Shown: positions 19,437 to 29,169, numbered from the stretch's first letter. The stretch is DNA of 64,000 nucleotides from Syntrophales bacterium (GCA_030018935.1 JASEGZ010000005.1:4988-68987); one strand, 5' to 3'. Program-made: numbers and translations. Notes: generated from the sequence alone by a model not told the origin.

Positions 19437-21521
19437 ATGCATACGAAGATAAGAAAAAGGGACGGCCGTTTGGTAAAGTTTAATGCTGAAAAGATCACTA
19501 ATGCTATTGCCAGGGCAGGTATGGCAACGGGTGAATTCGATCTTGCCACGGCGCGAAAACTTACCATCAAGGTGCTTAATTTAGCAGAGGAACTATTTGA
19601 CGATAAAATCACCACTGTGGAAGAGATTCAGGATATCGTGGAAGAAGTCCTCTTATCTTCTCCTTATCGCCGCACGGCAAAGGCCTATATCATCTACCGT
19701 GATCAGCATGCCAGATTAAGGGAAATTGCCAATAAGATGGAGGTTGATTTAGTTGACCAATATCTGAAAAAGATTGACTGGAAGATTAATGAAAATAGTA
19801 ACATGGATTATTCTTTACAGGGATTGAATAACTATATTTCTTCTGAAGTTAGCAAGGTATACTGGTTAAACAATATCTATTCTCCGGAAATTAAAAAAGC
19901 TCATGTGGAAGGTGACTTCCACATCCACGATTTAAGTCTTCTTTCTGTTTACTGTGTGGGCTGGGATGTCTTTGACCTCCTTACGGAAGGATTCAAAGGT
20001 GTATCGGGTAAGGTGGAGAGTAAACCGGCCAAACACCTCCGGAGCGCATTAGGGCAGATTGTCAATTTCTTCTATACTCTTCAGGGGGAGGCGGCTGGCG
20101 CCCAGGCTTTCTCAAATTTTGATACACTTCTGGCCCCTTTCGTACGATACGACCGTCTGAATTTTAAGGAAATAAGACAGGCCATGCAGGAGTTTATCTT
20201 CAACATCAATGTGCCTACGAGGGTCGGCTTTCAGACTCCCTTCACCAATGTAACTCTCGATGTCACTGTACCAGCGTATTATGCAAATCAGAATGTAATT
20301 ATTGGCGGCCTGCCACAGAAGGAAACATACGGGGAATTTCAGGAAGAGATGAACCTGTTCAACAGGGCGTTTCTCGAGGTAATGGCGGATGGGGATGCCA
20401 AAGGCAGGGTATTTACCTTTCCGATTCCTACTTATAACATTACGAAGGAATTTCAGTGGGACGATCGGAATCTCGATGGAATCTGGGAGATGACGGCCAA
20501 GTATGGGGTGCCCTATTTTTCTAATTTTATCAATGCAGACATGAACCCGGAGGATGCCAGAAGTATGTGCTGTAGACTCCGCATTGACAACAGGACATTG
20601 GAGAAAAGAGGTGGGGGACTTTTTGGTTCCCATCCCCTCACGGGCTCCATCGGGGTGATCACCATAAATATGCCGAGGATCGGTTATCTGTCTGACGGCG
20701 AAGATGAATTTTTCGGGCAACTGGAGAAACTGATGATTATTGCCAAGGAAAGTATGGAGACCAAGAGAAAAGTCCTGGAAACGTTTACAGAGGGAAACCT
20801 TTATCCCTATACAAAATATTATCTGAGAGATGTAAAGAAGCGGTTTAATGAGTACTGGAAGAATCATTTTTCCACAATTGGTCTTGTGGGTATGAATGAG
20901 GCCTGTCTGAACTTCCTGGGCAGGAGTATTGCAACCCCTCCCGGGCAGGAATTTACCCGGAAGGTCCTGGGTTTTATGAGAGACAAGTTAATCGAGTTTC
21001 AGAGAGAAACGGGCAATAATTACAACCTTGAGGCAACACCGGCGGAAGGAACATCCTACCACCTGGCAAAAATTGATAAAGAAAAATATCCTGACATCAT
21101 CTGTGCCAATGAGGATAAATCGGGGAACCCAGAGCCATTCTATACTAATTCAACGCAACTGCCGGTCAATTTCACAGATGATATCTTTGAAGCCCTTGAT
21201 CTCCAGGACAGCATCCAGGCAAAATATACGGGGGGAACGGTTTTTCATATCTATGCTGGTGAACGGCTTCCCGATCCTGCTGCGGTAAAGACCCTTATCC
21301 GTAAGATCTGCACTCGCTACCATTTGCCGTATCTAACTTTCACTCCCACATTCAGTGTCTGTCCCTCTCATGGGTATCTAAGCGGTGAGAGAGCAACATG
21401 TCCGAGATGTGAGGAACCATGTGAAATCTATTCCCGAGTTGTTGGTTATTTACGTCCTGTCAAGCAGTGGAACAGGGGAAAACAGGAAGAATTCAATTTG
21501 AGAAGGGTATTTACTTTTTAA
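19437..21521 (+). CDS. nrdD: anaerobic ribonucleoside-triphosphate reductase (class III)
   Basis: ATP-cone start MHTKIRKRDGRLVKFNAEKI after aggagaggaggg. C-terminal Zn ribbon CPSHG...CPRCEEPC and glycyl-radical motif SRVVGYLRPV. Confidence 0.95.
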   Translation: MHTKIRKRDGRLVKFNAEKITNAIARAGMATGEFDLATARKLTIKVLNLAEELFDDKITTVEEIQDIVEEVLLSSPYRRTAKAYIIYRDQHARLREIANKMEVDLVDQYLKKIDWKINENSNMDYSLQGLNNYISSEVSKVYWLNNIYSPEIKKAHVEGDFHIHDLSLLSVYCVGWDVFDLLTEGFKGVSGKVESKPAKHLRSALGQIVNFFYTLQGEAAGAQAFSNFDTLLAPFVRYDRLNFKEIRQAMQEFIFNINVPTRVGFQTPFTNVTLDVTVPAYYANQNVIIGGLPQKETYGEFQEEMNLFNRAFLEVMADGDAKGRVFTFPIPTYNITKEFQWDDRNLDGIWEMTAKYGVPYFSNFINADMNPEDARSMCCRLRIDNRTLEKRGGGLFGSHPLTGSIGVITINMPRIGYLSDGEDEFFGQLEKLMIIAKESMETKRKVLETFTEGNLYPYTKYYLRDVKKRFNEYWKNHFSTIGLVGMNEACLNFLGRSIATPPGQEFTRKVLGFMRDKLIEFQRETGNNYNLEATPAEGTSYHLAKIDKEKYPDIICANEDKSGNPEPFYTNSTQLPVNFTDDIFEALDLQDSIQAKYTGGTVFHIYAGERLPDPAAVKTLIRKICTRYHLPYLTFTPTFSVCPSHGYLSGERATCPRCEEPCEIYSRVVGYLRPVKQWNRGKQEEFNLRRVFTF

Positions 21522-21528
21522 CAAAAAG

Positions 21529-22218
21529 ATGAAGATTGGGGGGCTTCAGAAAGTTTCTCTTCTTGAGTATCCTGGACAGATATGCGCCATTGTCTTTTCC
21601 CAGGGCTGTAATTTCAGATGTCCTTACTGCCATAATCCGGAACTGGTAGATCCCGATCTTTACGGTCAATGTCTGGCAGAGGAGGAATTTTTTTCCTTCT
21701 TAAACAAACGGAAGGGGAAACTGGATGCGGTAACCATTACCGGTGGTGAACCGACCATTCAGGCCGATTTGCTATCATTCATAAGACATATTAAAAAAAT
21801 GGGGCACCTGATCAAAATTGATACAAACGGTTCACATCCTGAGGTTCTCACTAAACTCATTGAGGGTAAACTGGTAAACTATATTGCCATGGATATAAAG
21901 GGACCTCTGGAAAAATATGGGATAATTACGGGAACTCAGATTCACCAGTGCCTGATTAAAGAGAGCATTGAGATGATTATGCATTCAGGTATTGAATACG
22001 AGTTTCGTACAACAGTGGTAAGATCGCAGTTGACAAAAAACGACCTTTTCCATTGCGGAAAGTTAATAAAAAATGCCCGCCTTTACGTGTTGCAGCCGTT
22101 TATTCCTTCAAAGACCTTAGACAGAGAATTTCTTGCAGAAACAACTTATTCATACGAGGAATTCAAAGACATAAAGAAGAAACTTGAGAAACACATCTCC
22201 CGTGTTGCAATTCGGTAA
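21529..22218 (+). CDS. nrdG: anaerobic ribonucleotide reductase activating protein (radical SAM)
   Basis: CNFRCPYCHNPEL cluster motif, GGEPT, and position directly after nrdD. Confidence 0.9.
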   Translation: MKIGGLQKVSLLEYPGQICAIVFSQGCNFRCPYCHNPELVDPDLYGQCLAEEEFFSFLNKRKGKLDAVTITGGEPTIQADLLSFIRHIKKMGHLIKIDTNGSHPEVLTKLIEGKLVNYIAMDIKGPLEKYGIITGTQIHQCLIKESIEMIMHSGIEYEFRTTVVRSQLTKNDLFHCGKLIKNARLYVLQPFIPSKTLDREFLAETTYSYEEFKDIKKKLEKHISRVAIR

Positions 22219-22238
22219 ATTTAGAGGAAAGAAGTCTT

Positions 22239-23912
22239 ATGAAGAAAAGGGATAAGGGGTTTGTTTGTTTTACCGACAATGACCAGATCAACCGTTTGCT
22301 GAATAAGCTGGTATCCGATGTCAGAGAATTTACCGAGGAACAAATAGGCCACATCAGGCAGATGACCAGGATAGGTGCTGCCCTCTCTGCCGAGCGGAAC
22401 CTGGACCGGCTCCTTGAAATGATCGTAGAAGAGGCCAGAAGATATACCTGTGCCGATGGGGGTACTCTGTATATTATGTCCGATGACGAGACGGCCCTCC
22501 ACTTTGCCATCGTGCAGAACGACACATTAAAGGTCCGTATGGGAGGAACCAGCGGAAAGATTACCTGGCCCCCGGTCATGCTGAAGAACCCCGATGGTAG
22601 TCCTAATTATGCCAATGTCTCTGCCTATGCAGCCATCTCGGGTGAGGTGGTCAATATTCCTGATGTCTACAATGCCAGTGGGTTCAACTTTGAAGGCACG
22701 AGGAAGTTTGATGCTGAAACCGGCTACCGCTCTCGATCCATGCTCGTGGCGCCCATGCGGAATCATGAAAACAATATTATCGGGGTCCTCCAGTTATTGA
22801 ATGCCCTCGACACTGCTACAGGTGAGGTTATTACCTTTTCCCTGGAAAGCCAGCGGATGACGGAGTCTCTCGCCTCCCAGGCAGCGGTGACCCTTTCTAA
22901 CAACCGTCTCATTTATGATCTCGAGAACCTGTTAGAATCCTTTATCAAAACAATCGCTACGGCCATTGATGAGAAATCACCTTACACTGGTGGCCATGTT
23001 CGCAGGGTGGCAGATTTGACGATGGCAATTGCGAGGAAGATCAATGAAGCCACGGAAGGCCCTTACGCAGATGTCTGCCTTAGCGAAGACCAGATGAGAG
23101 AACTGCGGATCGCGGCATGGCTTCATGATATGGGTAAGATAACCACCCCGGAATACATTATTGACAAGGCCACAAAACTGGAGACGATCTGTGACCGAAT
23201 TGAGTTCCTGAAAACCCGCTTTGAGGTAATCAAAAGAGATCATGAGATTGAGTTGCTGAAGAGGGGAGTTGGGAGGGATTGGGATTCTGGCAGGGAGGTT
23301 GTTTTGGCCGAAGATGATGAATTCATCAAGGCATTGAGGGAAGATTTTAATTTTCTATGTGCTGCCAATGTTGGTGGCGAATACATGGCTGACGGGATGA
23401 TTGAAAGATTGAAAAGCGTTGCGCAAAGACAATGGGCTTTAGATGGGAAACTACAACCCCTGCTCAACGATAACGAAATTTATAACCTCAGCATTCGCCG
23501 GGGCACCTTGACAGACGAAGAGAGGGGTATTATCAACAACCATGCCGCAGTCACACATAAGATGCTTTCTCAACTGCCTTTTCCGAAGAAATTAAGACAT
23601 GTCCAGGATTATGCCGCTGCCCATCATGAAAAGCTCGATGGTACAGGCTATCCCTCTGGCTTGAAAGGCGATCAACTTCCCCTCCAGTCCCGTATCCTGG
23701 CACTGGCCGATGTGTTCGAAGCTTTAACGGCCAAGGATCGGCCCTATAAGAAGGGAAAGACCCTTTCCGAGGCAATGAAAATTATGGAGCTTATGGTAGC
23801 CGACCATCATCTAGACTCCGACCTCTTTGATCTATTTATCAAGGAACGGCTCTATGACGATTATGCCCAGAAAGAACTGGCACCGCAACAGGTGGATAGG
23901 GTCGAATTTTAG
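22239..23912 (+). CDS. GAF domain-containing HD-GYP phosphohydrolase (putative c-di-GMP phosphodiesterase)
   Basis: An N-terminal GAF-like region is followed by HVRRVADL...WLHDMGKI...HHEKLDGTGYPSGL (HD and GYP motifs). Confidence 0.85.
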   Translation: MKKRDKGFVCFTDNDQINRLLNKLVSDVREFTEEQIGHIRQMTRIGAALSAERNLDRLLEMIVEEARRYTCADGGTLYIMSDDETALHFAIVQNDTLKVRMGGTSGKITWPPVMLKNPDGSPNYANVSAYAAISGEVVNIPDVYNASGFNFEGTRKFDAETGYRSRSMLVAPMRNHENNIIGVLQLLNALDTATGEVITFSLESQRMTESLASQAAVTLSNNRLIYDLENLLESFIKTIATAIDEKSPYTGGHVRRVADLTMAIARKINEATEGPYADVCLSEDQMRELRIAAWLHDMGKITTPEYIIDKATKLETICDRIEFLKTRFEVIKRDHEIELLKRGVGRDWDSGREVVLAEDDEFIKALREDFNFLCAANVGGEYMADGMIERLKSVAQRQWALDGKLQPLLNDNEIYNLSIRRGTLTDEERGIINNHAAVTHKMLSQLPFPKKLRHVQDYAAAHHEKLDGTGYPSGLKGDQLPLQSRILALADVFEALTAKDRPYKKGKTLSEAMKIMELMVADHHLDSDLFDLFIKERLYDDYAQKELAPQQVDRVEF

Positions 23913-23947
23913 CCCTTTGGGCAGGCACGGGGGAGGGGGACTTGCCC

Positions 23948-25381
23948 CTACGATGGTTTCAGGGCTTCCATTTCTTTTTTTATCTCCTTTGCCCTCTGAG
24001 AGTCTTGGGGAAAGTATTTCAGTGCTTCCTTAAAATGAAATAGGGCGCTTTCCCTTTTATTTTTTTTCTTGAAGTAGATCCCAAAGTTGTAATGTGAATC
24101 GCCTGGGTTGTTTGTTTTGCCGTAGGCCATGGCGATATTGTAATATATATCTGCATCGTCAATATTTTTCTTCTCAAGTTTTCTGTAGAGGGTAAGAGCT
24201 GTTGCATAATCTTCCTGCGCCTCATAAGATCTTCCGAGATAGAGAAGAGTGTTTACATCGTCCTCATTAATGCTTAGAGCCTTCTTGAGAAAGTTAATAG
24301 CTTCGGCTGCCCGACCGATCTTAAAGTAAGTAATGCCTGAGTCTCTGAGGATATCCTCATCGTCAGGAGAGAGTTTTAAGGCCTGGTGAAAATTTTTTAG
24401 GGATTCGGGAATGAGACCGAGCTTTTCCTGGGTCACAGCAAGGCCATAAAGGTCATCAACGCTGTTCGGATTCTTCTCTAATTCGTTTTGAAAGTGTTTT
24501 AGTGTTGCATTAAGATTTCTGTCATTGAGGAGCAGGATTGTCTGAATCCTTTTAAACCCACCGATGATGCTTTCTGCCCCGTGGTGGGTGTAGATGGTCT
24601 GAATGAGTCCATCGAGGTATCCGATCCTCTCGTCGGTGCCCGGATGGGTCAGAAAGTAAGACGGAACAGAGTTTGAGTAGAACTCATACCTCCTCATAAT
24701 TTTTAAGAAATCTAACATGGCCTTTCCATCATATCCTGTACTAACCAGGTAGGAGATGCCGAGCCTGTCCGCTTCTTCTTCATGCTCTCGCGTGTACTTC
24801 AGACTTAAATGGGTAGCACCTGCTATGGCAAAAGTCGTTATTGCCGCAGAAGCTTCACCCCCTCCGCCAAGGAAGGCTCCGGCAAGAATTGCGGCAAGGG
24901 TACCGATACTGACCTTCTTCGACTTATCAATAATGTCAGCGATATGTCTTGCATTTACATGGGCTATTTCATGTGCCAGTACACCGGCAAGCTGGCTTTC
25001 GTTTTCTACAAGGTTGATGAGTCCTCTATTGACATAGATGTAACCTCCCGGGGTGGCAAAGGCATTGATGGCGGAACTCTTGATGATAGAGAATCGGAAG
25101 TCGAAAGGGGCTTTCTGACTGTGTGAGAGGATTCGATTACCGAGCTGGGCGATGTAACTGTTAACCTTTGGATTCTGGATAAGGGCGCCGCTCTGTTCTA
25201 ATTTTTCAAAAAATTCTTTCCCGAGCTTTTTCTCATCGTCAATAGTAAAGGCGCTATGGGCAAGTCCTGCAGTTTGAAACAGGTAAAGGAGAATGATGGC
25301 GGGAAAAAGCCCCATTTTTTTTCTTCTAAATTGGTTAAATGTATTCACTGTTTGACCTTGTTGTAAAGCTAAAGCTCTCAT
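23948..25381 (-). CDS. M48 family metallopeptidase with C-terminal TPR repeats (BepA-like)
   Basis: HEIAHVNARH (HExxH) is followed by TPR-like repeats. A signal-like MGLFPAIILLYLF suggests the true start is at 25315. Confidence 0.85.
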   Translation of the reverse strand: MRALALQQGQTVNTFNQFRRKKMGLFPAIILLYLFQTAGLAHSAFTIDDEKKLGKEFFEKLEQSGALIQNPKVNSYIAQLGNRILSHSQKAPFDFRFSIIKSSAINAFATPGGYIYVNRGLINLVENESQLAGVLAHEIAHVNARHIADIIDKSKKVSIGTLAAILAGAFLGGGGEASAAITTFAIAGATHLSLKYTREHEEEADRLGISYLVSTGYDGKAMLDFLKIMRRYEFYSNSVPSYFLTHPGTDERIGYLDGLIQTIYTHHGAESIIGGFKRIQTILLLNDRNLNATLKHFQNELEKNPNSVDDLYGLAVTQEKLGLIPESLKNFHQALKLSPDDEDILRDSGITYFKIGRAAEAINFLKKALSINEDDVNTLLYLGRSYEAQEDYATALTLYRKLEKKNIDDADIYYNIAMAYGKTNNPGDSHYNFGIYFKKKNKRESALFHFKEALKYFPQDSQRAKEIKKEMEALKPS

Positions 25382-26347
25382 CTAAGTTGAACTGATCAGT
25401 TTTTCCACCCCTTTTTCAATCTCGTCCCTCACCTCACGCATAAAGCTTATGGGTTTGTCGGAGGGGTCCGGTAAATCCCAGTCCTGGATGGGTACGCCGG
25501 GAATTGAAGGGCATTCATCTTTGCAACCCATGGTGACGATCAGGTCCGGCTTCATATAGCTTAAGACCTCATCAATGGAGGTTGTCCGGCGAAAAGCCAT
25601 GTCTATTCCCTTTTCCTTCATCGTCTCCACCATGGAAACGTTTATTTCTTTGGCTGGTTGACTGCCGGCGCCTTCCACTTCCATCCTGTCCCCCGCGTAA
25701 TACCGGGCAAACGCGCTCGCCATCTGGCTACGGCAGGCATTTTCCCGGCAGAGAAAGAGGATTTTTTTCCTCTTGAGAAATGGTTGTATGAGCCCTCCGG
25801 CCATTTCCTTTACCTCTGACAGGGCGGTCGGGTGCTTTGCGATGTCTCCCGGTTCCTCTATCTGCCTGTAAGTGAGGCTCCCGACAAAGCTGGCCCCCAC
25901 GGCATCGAAAAAATATTTAGCGGTGAGGGTAACCCCGTCGAAGAGTTTCCCGCCTCTTGTCGCACCGAGGGATAATAAAAACCCTTGCCTCCACCTCCGG
26001 CCTGGATCGGTGAGATTATATACGTACCTTCTGGACCAGAGGGCCTGAGAGCGGTCAATGAGGGCCTTCATTTGGGCCGGTGGACCGTAGAAGAAGACAG
26101 GAGTAGCCATAACGATGATATCTGCCCGCCAGAGGAGGGGATATATCTCCTCCATGTCGTCCTTCAGAAGACAAAAACCCTCTCTTTCACAGATTCTGCA
26201 TCCCTGGCAGGGTGTTATCTTCTTTTCGGCCACTGGCAGACTGTGTATGCGGGCGCCAAGCTTTTCCGTCTCCGCTAAAAATGAGGCAAGTAGATGGGCT
26301 GTATTTCCATTCTTGCGTGGACTACCATGCAGTCCAAGAACAAACAT
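25382..26347 (-). CDS. fusion protein: iron-sulfur flavoprotein (NADPH-dependent FMN reductase fold) + ArsC/low-molecular-weight phosphatase domain
   Basis: aa 1-190 carry GLHGSPRKNGNT plus C47-x2-C50-x2-C53-x5-C59. aa 194-321 carry the KKILFLCRENACRSQMA P-loop (C-x5-R-S), TMGCKDECP and DWDLPDP. Confidence 0.8.
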   Translation of the reverse strand: MFVLGLHGSPRKNGNTAHLLASFLAETEKLGARIHSLPVAEKKITPCQGCRICEREGFCLLKDDMEEIYPLLWRADIIVMATPVFFYGPPAQMKALIDRSQALWSRRYVYNLTDPGRRWRQGFLLSLGATRGGKLFDGVTLTAKYFFDAVGASFVGSLTYRQIEEPGDIAKHPTALSEVKEMAGGLIQPFLKRKKILFLCRENACRSQMASAFARYYAGDRMEVEGAGSQPAKEINVSMVETMKEKGIDMAFRRTTSIDEVLSYMKPDLIVTMGCKDECPSIPGVPIQDWDLPDPSDKPISFMREVRDEIEKGVEKLISST

Positions 26348-26415
26348 AAAAAGGGCCCTTTTCTTCTTTCCCTGGTAGAGTTTAGAACATTTTTCCTTTC
26401 AGGTCTTCAATGTAG

Positions 26416-26617
26416 ATCTAACGGTGACCTTCCTTTACCTGCACCACTCTAAGCTAAGCCCCAACGAAGGAGTAGTAGTAACGCCCCACAGGCATACCAT
26501 TTCTCTTGATGACTATTTCTCGTATCTTTCCCATGTTCCTGATCCGAGAGAAGAGATGGACATTTGCCGGGTGGTGTGGGGGCTGGGGGAGAAAATCCCC
26601 CGGCTACCCGATTAGAT
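26416..26617 (-). other. attC-like site 4 (tentative, unusually long) after the RHH-RelE cassette
   Basis: On the minus strand, ATCTAAT overlaps the relE stop (26617-26611) and GTTAGAT lies at 26422-26416. Arm pairing is only weak by hand. Confidence 0.3.
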
Positions 26618-26872
26618 TTCGCCTTTATAGACATTTCTTCGGTGACCAATTCTGAGGATAAGGATATCGTCACCTAATAATGCGTAAATTACCCGATAGT
26701 CACCTACTCGAAATTTGCGAAGCCCGGCAAATTGTCCTTTGAGGACGGGATTTGACTCAGGTTTTTTTAAAAGCTCCCGTTCAATTTGGTCGAGGATACG
26801 ACCAGCCTCTGCTTTTGAAAGCTTTTTTAAGTCGCGATGAACCGACTTTTTGTAGACGATATTATAAGCCAA
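26612..26872 (-). CDS. type II toxin, RelE/ParE family
   Basis: 86 aa. ...FRVGDYRVIYALLGDDILILRIGHRRNVY is a typical RelE/ParE C-terminus. It overlaps the upstream antitoxin by 11 nt. Confidence 0.85.
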   Translation of the reverse strand: MAYNIVYKKSVHRDLKKLSKAEAGRILDQIERELLKKPESNPVLKGQFAGLRKFRVGDYRVIYALLGDDILILRIGHRRNVYKGEI

Positions 26873-27080
26873 GAGATTTCCTTAGCTCTTTGCCAGAAAC
26901 TATAGGATCTGTTTTATCATGGAGCCGATCGAGAGCTACCTGTAGATCTGCATAATCTTCTATGTAGGACTCTAACGCTTTCTGGATTATAAAAGAGCGT
27001 GGTCTCTCTGTTTCCTTGGCTATGCTCTCCAATTGCTCGGATAGCTCCTTAGGGAGCCTAACGGATATGGCTGTACTCAT
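26862..27080 (-). CDS. ribbon-helix-helix (CopG-like) antitoxin
   Basis: ISVRLPKELSEQLESIAKETERPRSFIIQKALESY is an RHH fold signature. Confidence 0.8.
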   Translation of the reverse strand: MSTAISVRLPKELSEQLESIAKETERPRSFIIQKALESYIEDYADLQVALDRLHDKTDPIVSGKELRKSLGL

Positions 27081-27154
27081 GAAGCACCTCCTGATTCAAT
27101 TGTAATACAATGTATACGATAGTGCGTGAAATGTCAAGAGTATTTTATAGAGAA

Positions 27155-27227
27155 ATCTAACGACCAAACTGAGGGGTGCGAAAAAGCGTCAGCTTTTTTC
27201 GCACCCCTCTCCAGTGATTTGTTATGT
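27155..27227 (-). other. attC-like site 1 (73 bp)
   Basis: On the minus strand, R'' ACATAAC (27227-27221) overlaps the ORF stop and R' GTTAGAT (27161-27155) fits GTTRRRY. The internal arms caaactgaggggtgcgaaaaa / tttttcgcacccctctccagtgatttg pair with bulged bases. Confidence 0.6.
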
Positions 27228-27682
27228 CAAAATCCCCATATTTCTTCTGGGTCTTCAATATCAGGATCATCATATCTCTCCATTGTAGCAAGCCATTCTG
27301 GCATATCTTCCTTGATTGTCTGTTTCAATTCATCTAATGATTCCTTTGATATTTTCCCTTTTTCAAACATAAATTGATAAAATTTTTTTAGACTCGAAGC
27401 GTTCTCCTTTATAGCTGTTAGGCTTGCCCACATGGCTTTACGAATAAACCAATAACCCAGAAACCCTCCTATATTTCCAGCTCCATCAGCAGCTTCTATT
27501 GCCTCTTCATACAGAAGGAAATCATTGATATAGAAATCAATGTTTGAGCAGTGCTTTCTTGTTGTTTTTGCTGAAAGGTTCTTTTCCGCAAGCCAGCTTT
27601 CAAAATCTTTCAAAAGGGCTACATTCAGTTCTCGTATTCTTTTACAATCTTTTTCATATTGTTCATATGAGTCCATTATCAT
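27227..27682 (-). CDS. hypothetical cassette protein; possible stand-alone tyrosine-recombinase core-binding (SAM-like) domain
   Basis: 151 aa. The pattern LLKDFESWLAEKNLSAKTTRKHCSNIDFYINDFL ... SLTAIKENASSLKKFYQFMFEKGKI resembles integrase N-terminal domains. No catalytic domain is present. Confidence 0.5.
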   Translation of the reverse strand: MIMDSYEQYEKDCKRIRELNVALLKDFESWLAEKNLSAKTTRKHCSNIDFYINDFLLYEEAIEAADGAGNIGGFLGYWFIRKAMWASLTAIKENASSLKKFYQFMFEKGKISKESLDELKQTIKEDMPEWLATMERYDDPDIEDPEEIWGF

Positions 27683-27698
27683 TATTCCTTTTCTTTAG

Positions 27699-27837
27699 AC
27701 ATAACGGCAGGCATGAGTGGCTGGGAAAAGCTTGCGATAACCTTGGAAACTACATCAAAAGTTTGCTATTTAGACGGCCTGTGCAAAAGAAAAAAATCGC
27801 CGGCTTTTACCAGTCCATCTCAATGCCCTTGTTCGCT
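27699..27837 (-). other. attC-like site 2 (139 bp)
   Basis: On the minus strand, R'' is AGCGAAC (27837-27831) and R' is GTTATGT (27705-27699). The arms ataacggcaggcatgagtggctgggaaaagc / gcttttaccagtccatctcaatgcccttgttcg are imperfectly complementary. Confidence 0.5.
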
Positions 27838-27841
27838 ACTC

Positions 27842-28117
27842 TTAGGCAACTTCGAGTTGGAGGTGTTTGCCTACCGCTTGAGCATAATTTACTAATGTAG
27901 AGAGGCGGATGTCTTCTGCATGGTTTTCAATCCGGGAGATGGCAGATTTCTTAGTACGCAATTTCTTAGCCACTTGTTCCTGGGTGAAGCCAGCTTCAAT
28001 ACGAGCCTGTTTCAGGAGGATACCAATCTTGAATTGTTCATATCCTTTGTCAAAATCTTTTGCAAATTGGGGGCTTTGCTTCTTTCTTGTTTCAATGTAT
28101 TTATCCAGATCGTCCAT
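27842..28117 (-). CDS. higA: XRE-family HTH antitoxin (HigA-like)
   Basis: [32 protein letters not shown] is an HTH. The gene is downstream of the toxin (toxin-first order). Confidence 0.8.
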   Translation of the reverse strand: MDDLDKYIETRKKQSPQFAKDFDKGYEQFKIGILLKQARIEAGFTQEQVAKKLRTKKSAISRIENHAEDIRLSTLVNYAQAVGKHLQLEVA

Positions 28118-28124
28118 CTTCTAT

Positions 28125-28469
28125 TTACCTCCTGCTCAAATATTCTTTCTTCCGCTTTTCTGCCAGTTTAATCTCCTTTAAAGGAATTTTCTGGCTCTTC
28201 TTTTGGAAGGAGTTGGTCAGTATGATCAACTCTTGACCATGAAAGAAGCCAAGAAGACGGAAGGTGTTTCTTCCCACATCAACTCTGGCTTCCCAAATAT
28301 CGTTTGTCTTGACCAGCTTCTTGAGGTATTTAGATGGAACCTGATCAATCTCTCGAATCAATTTCAATACCCATGCTATCTTGGTCGCCTGTGTGTCTGT
28401 CAGCCTATCCAAGTGCTCTTTAACAGGACACTTGCCTGACGCAGTCCGATAGAATGAGATTGTTTTCAT
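28125..28469 (-). CDS. higB: HigB/Gp49-like RelE-superfamily toxin
   Basis: 114 aa. FYRTASGKCPVKEHL...IWEARVDVGRNTFRLLGFFHGQELIILTNSFQKKSQKIP is typical of the phage Gp49-like toxin family. Confidence 0.8.
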   Translation of the reverse strand: MKTISFYRTASGKCPVKEHLDRLTDTQATKIAWVLKLIREIDQVPSKYLKKLVKTNDIWEARVDVGRNTFRLLGFFHGQELIILTNSFQKKSQKIPLKEIKLAEKRKKEYLSRR

Positions 28470-28528
28470 GATTATAAGGTAAACAAATATGTGAACATTG
28501 TCAAGATATGAATTTTAAATCTTCAGAC

Positions 28529-28586
28529 AACGAACGGCAAAAATCAGCCGGCGCTGCAAGCGATTGGCTGGATTGTTTTGTTAGGT
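28529..28586 (-). other. attC-like site 3 (58 bp)
   Basis: On the minus strand, R'' ACCTAAC (28586-28580) fits RYYYAAC perfectly, while R' GTTCGTT (28535-28529) is weak. The central stem is cagcc/ggctg. It lies 20 nt after the PAP2 stop. Confidence 0.5.
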
Positions 28587-28605
28587 GCATTCTATATCTC
28601 TTGTT

Positions 28606-29169
28606 CTACCAAGTGCGACTCAGCCTGATGCTGTAATACTTGCCATCGGCCTCCGCCTGAACATACCAGTCTTTGTATGGTTTGGTAAAGACGTAGCTGC
28701 TGAGGATACCGATGCCGGCGCCGACTACAACATCATGTACATGATGCTGTCGGGCCTCAACACGACTGTAAGCCACAAAGGACGCCGCTACATAAGCCGG
28801 TATCCCATAGTCCCAGCCATAACGTTTGCGCATGAACTCGGCGGCGGAGAAGGAAATGGAAGTGTGTCTCGAAGGAAAGGAATGTCTTCCGCCGTTGGGA
28901 CGACTCTCGTTCACAGTATATTTGAGGCCGTAGGTGACACCGAGAGTAAGTGCTGCCGATTCCCCAAACTGTAACGCTCCTGCGCCGTCCTTGTATCCTA
29001 TTGTCAGCCCGACCGCGGTCGCTGGCAGAACAAACTGCAACACATCGCCTGCGGCCTCCACCCCGCCGCTTGCTTTTGCTTCTACAATAGTGATGAGGCA
29101 CAGGAAAAGTCCCACGAGGAAAGTGGCAGCATGATAGATGTAAGGTGCCGAAATACGCATTGCTTTCAT
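28606..29169 (-). CDS. PAP2 family membrane phosphatase
   Basis: All three PAP2 motifs are present: [13 protein letters not shown] and [12 protein letters not shown]. The protein has multiple TM segments. Confidence 0.85.
   Translation of the reverse strand: MKAMRISAPYIYHAATFLVGLFLCLITIVEAKASGGVEAAGDVLQFVLPATAVGLTIGYKDGAGALQFGESAALTLGVTYGLKYTVNESRPNGGRHSFPSRHTSISFSAAEFMRKRYGWDYGIPAYVAASFVAYSRVEARQHHVHDVVVGAGIGILSSYVFTKPYKDWYVQAEADGKYYSIRLSRTW

Noticed and set aside
20112-20867. 251-aa ORF on the minus strand
   Set aside because: It is antisense to nrdD, which is continuous and highly recognisable on the plus strand.
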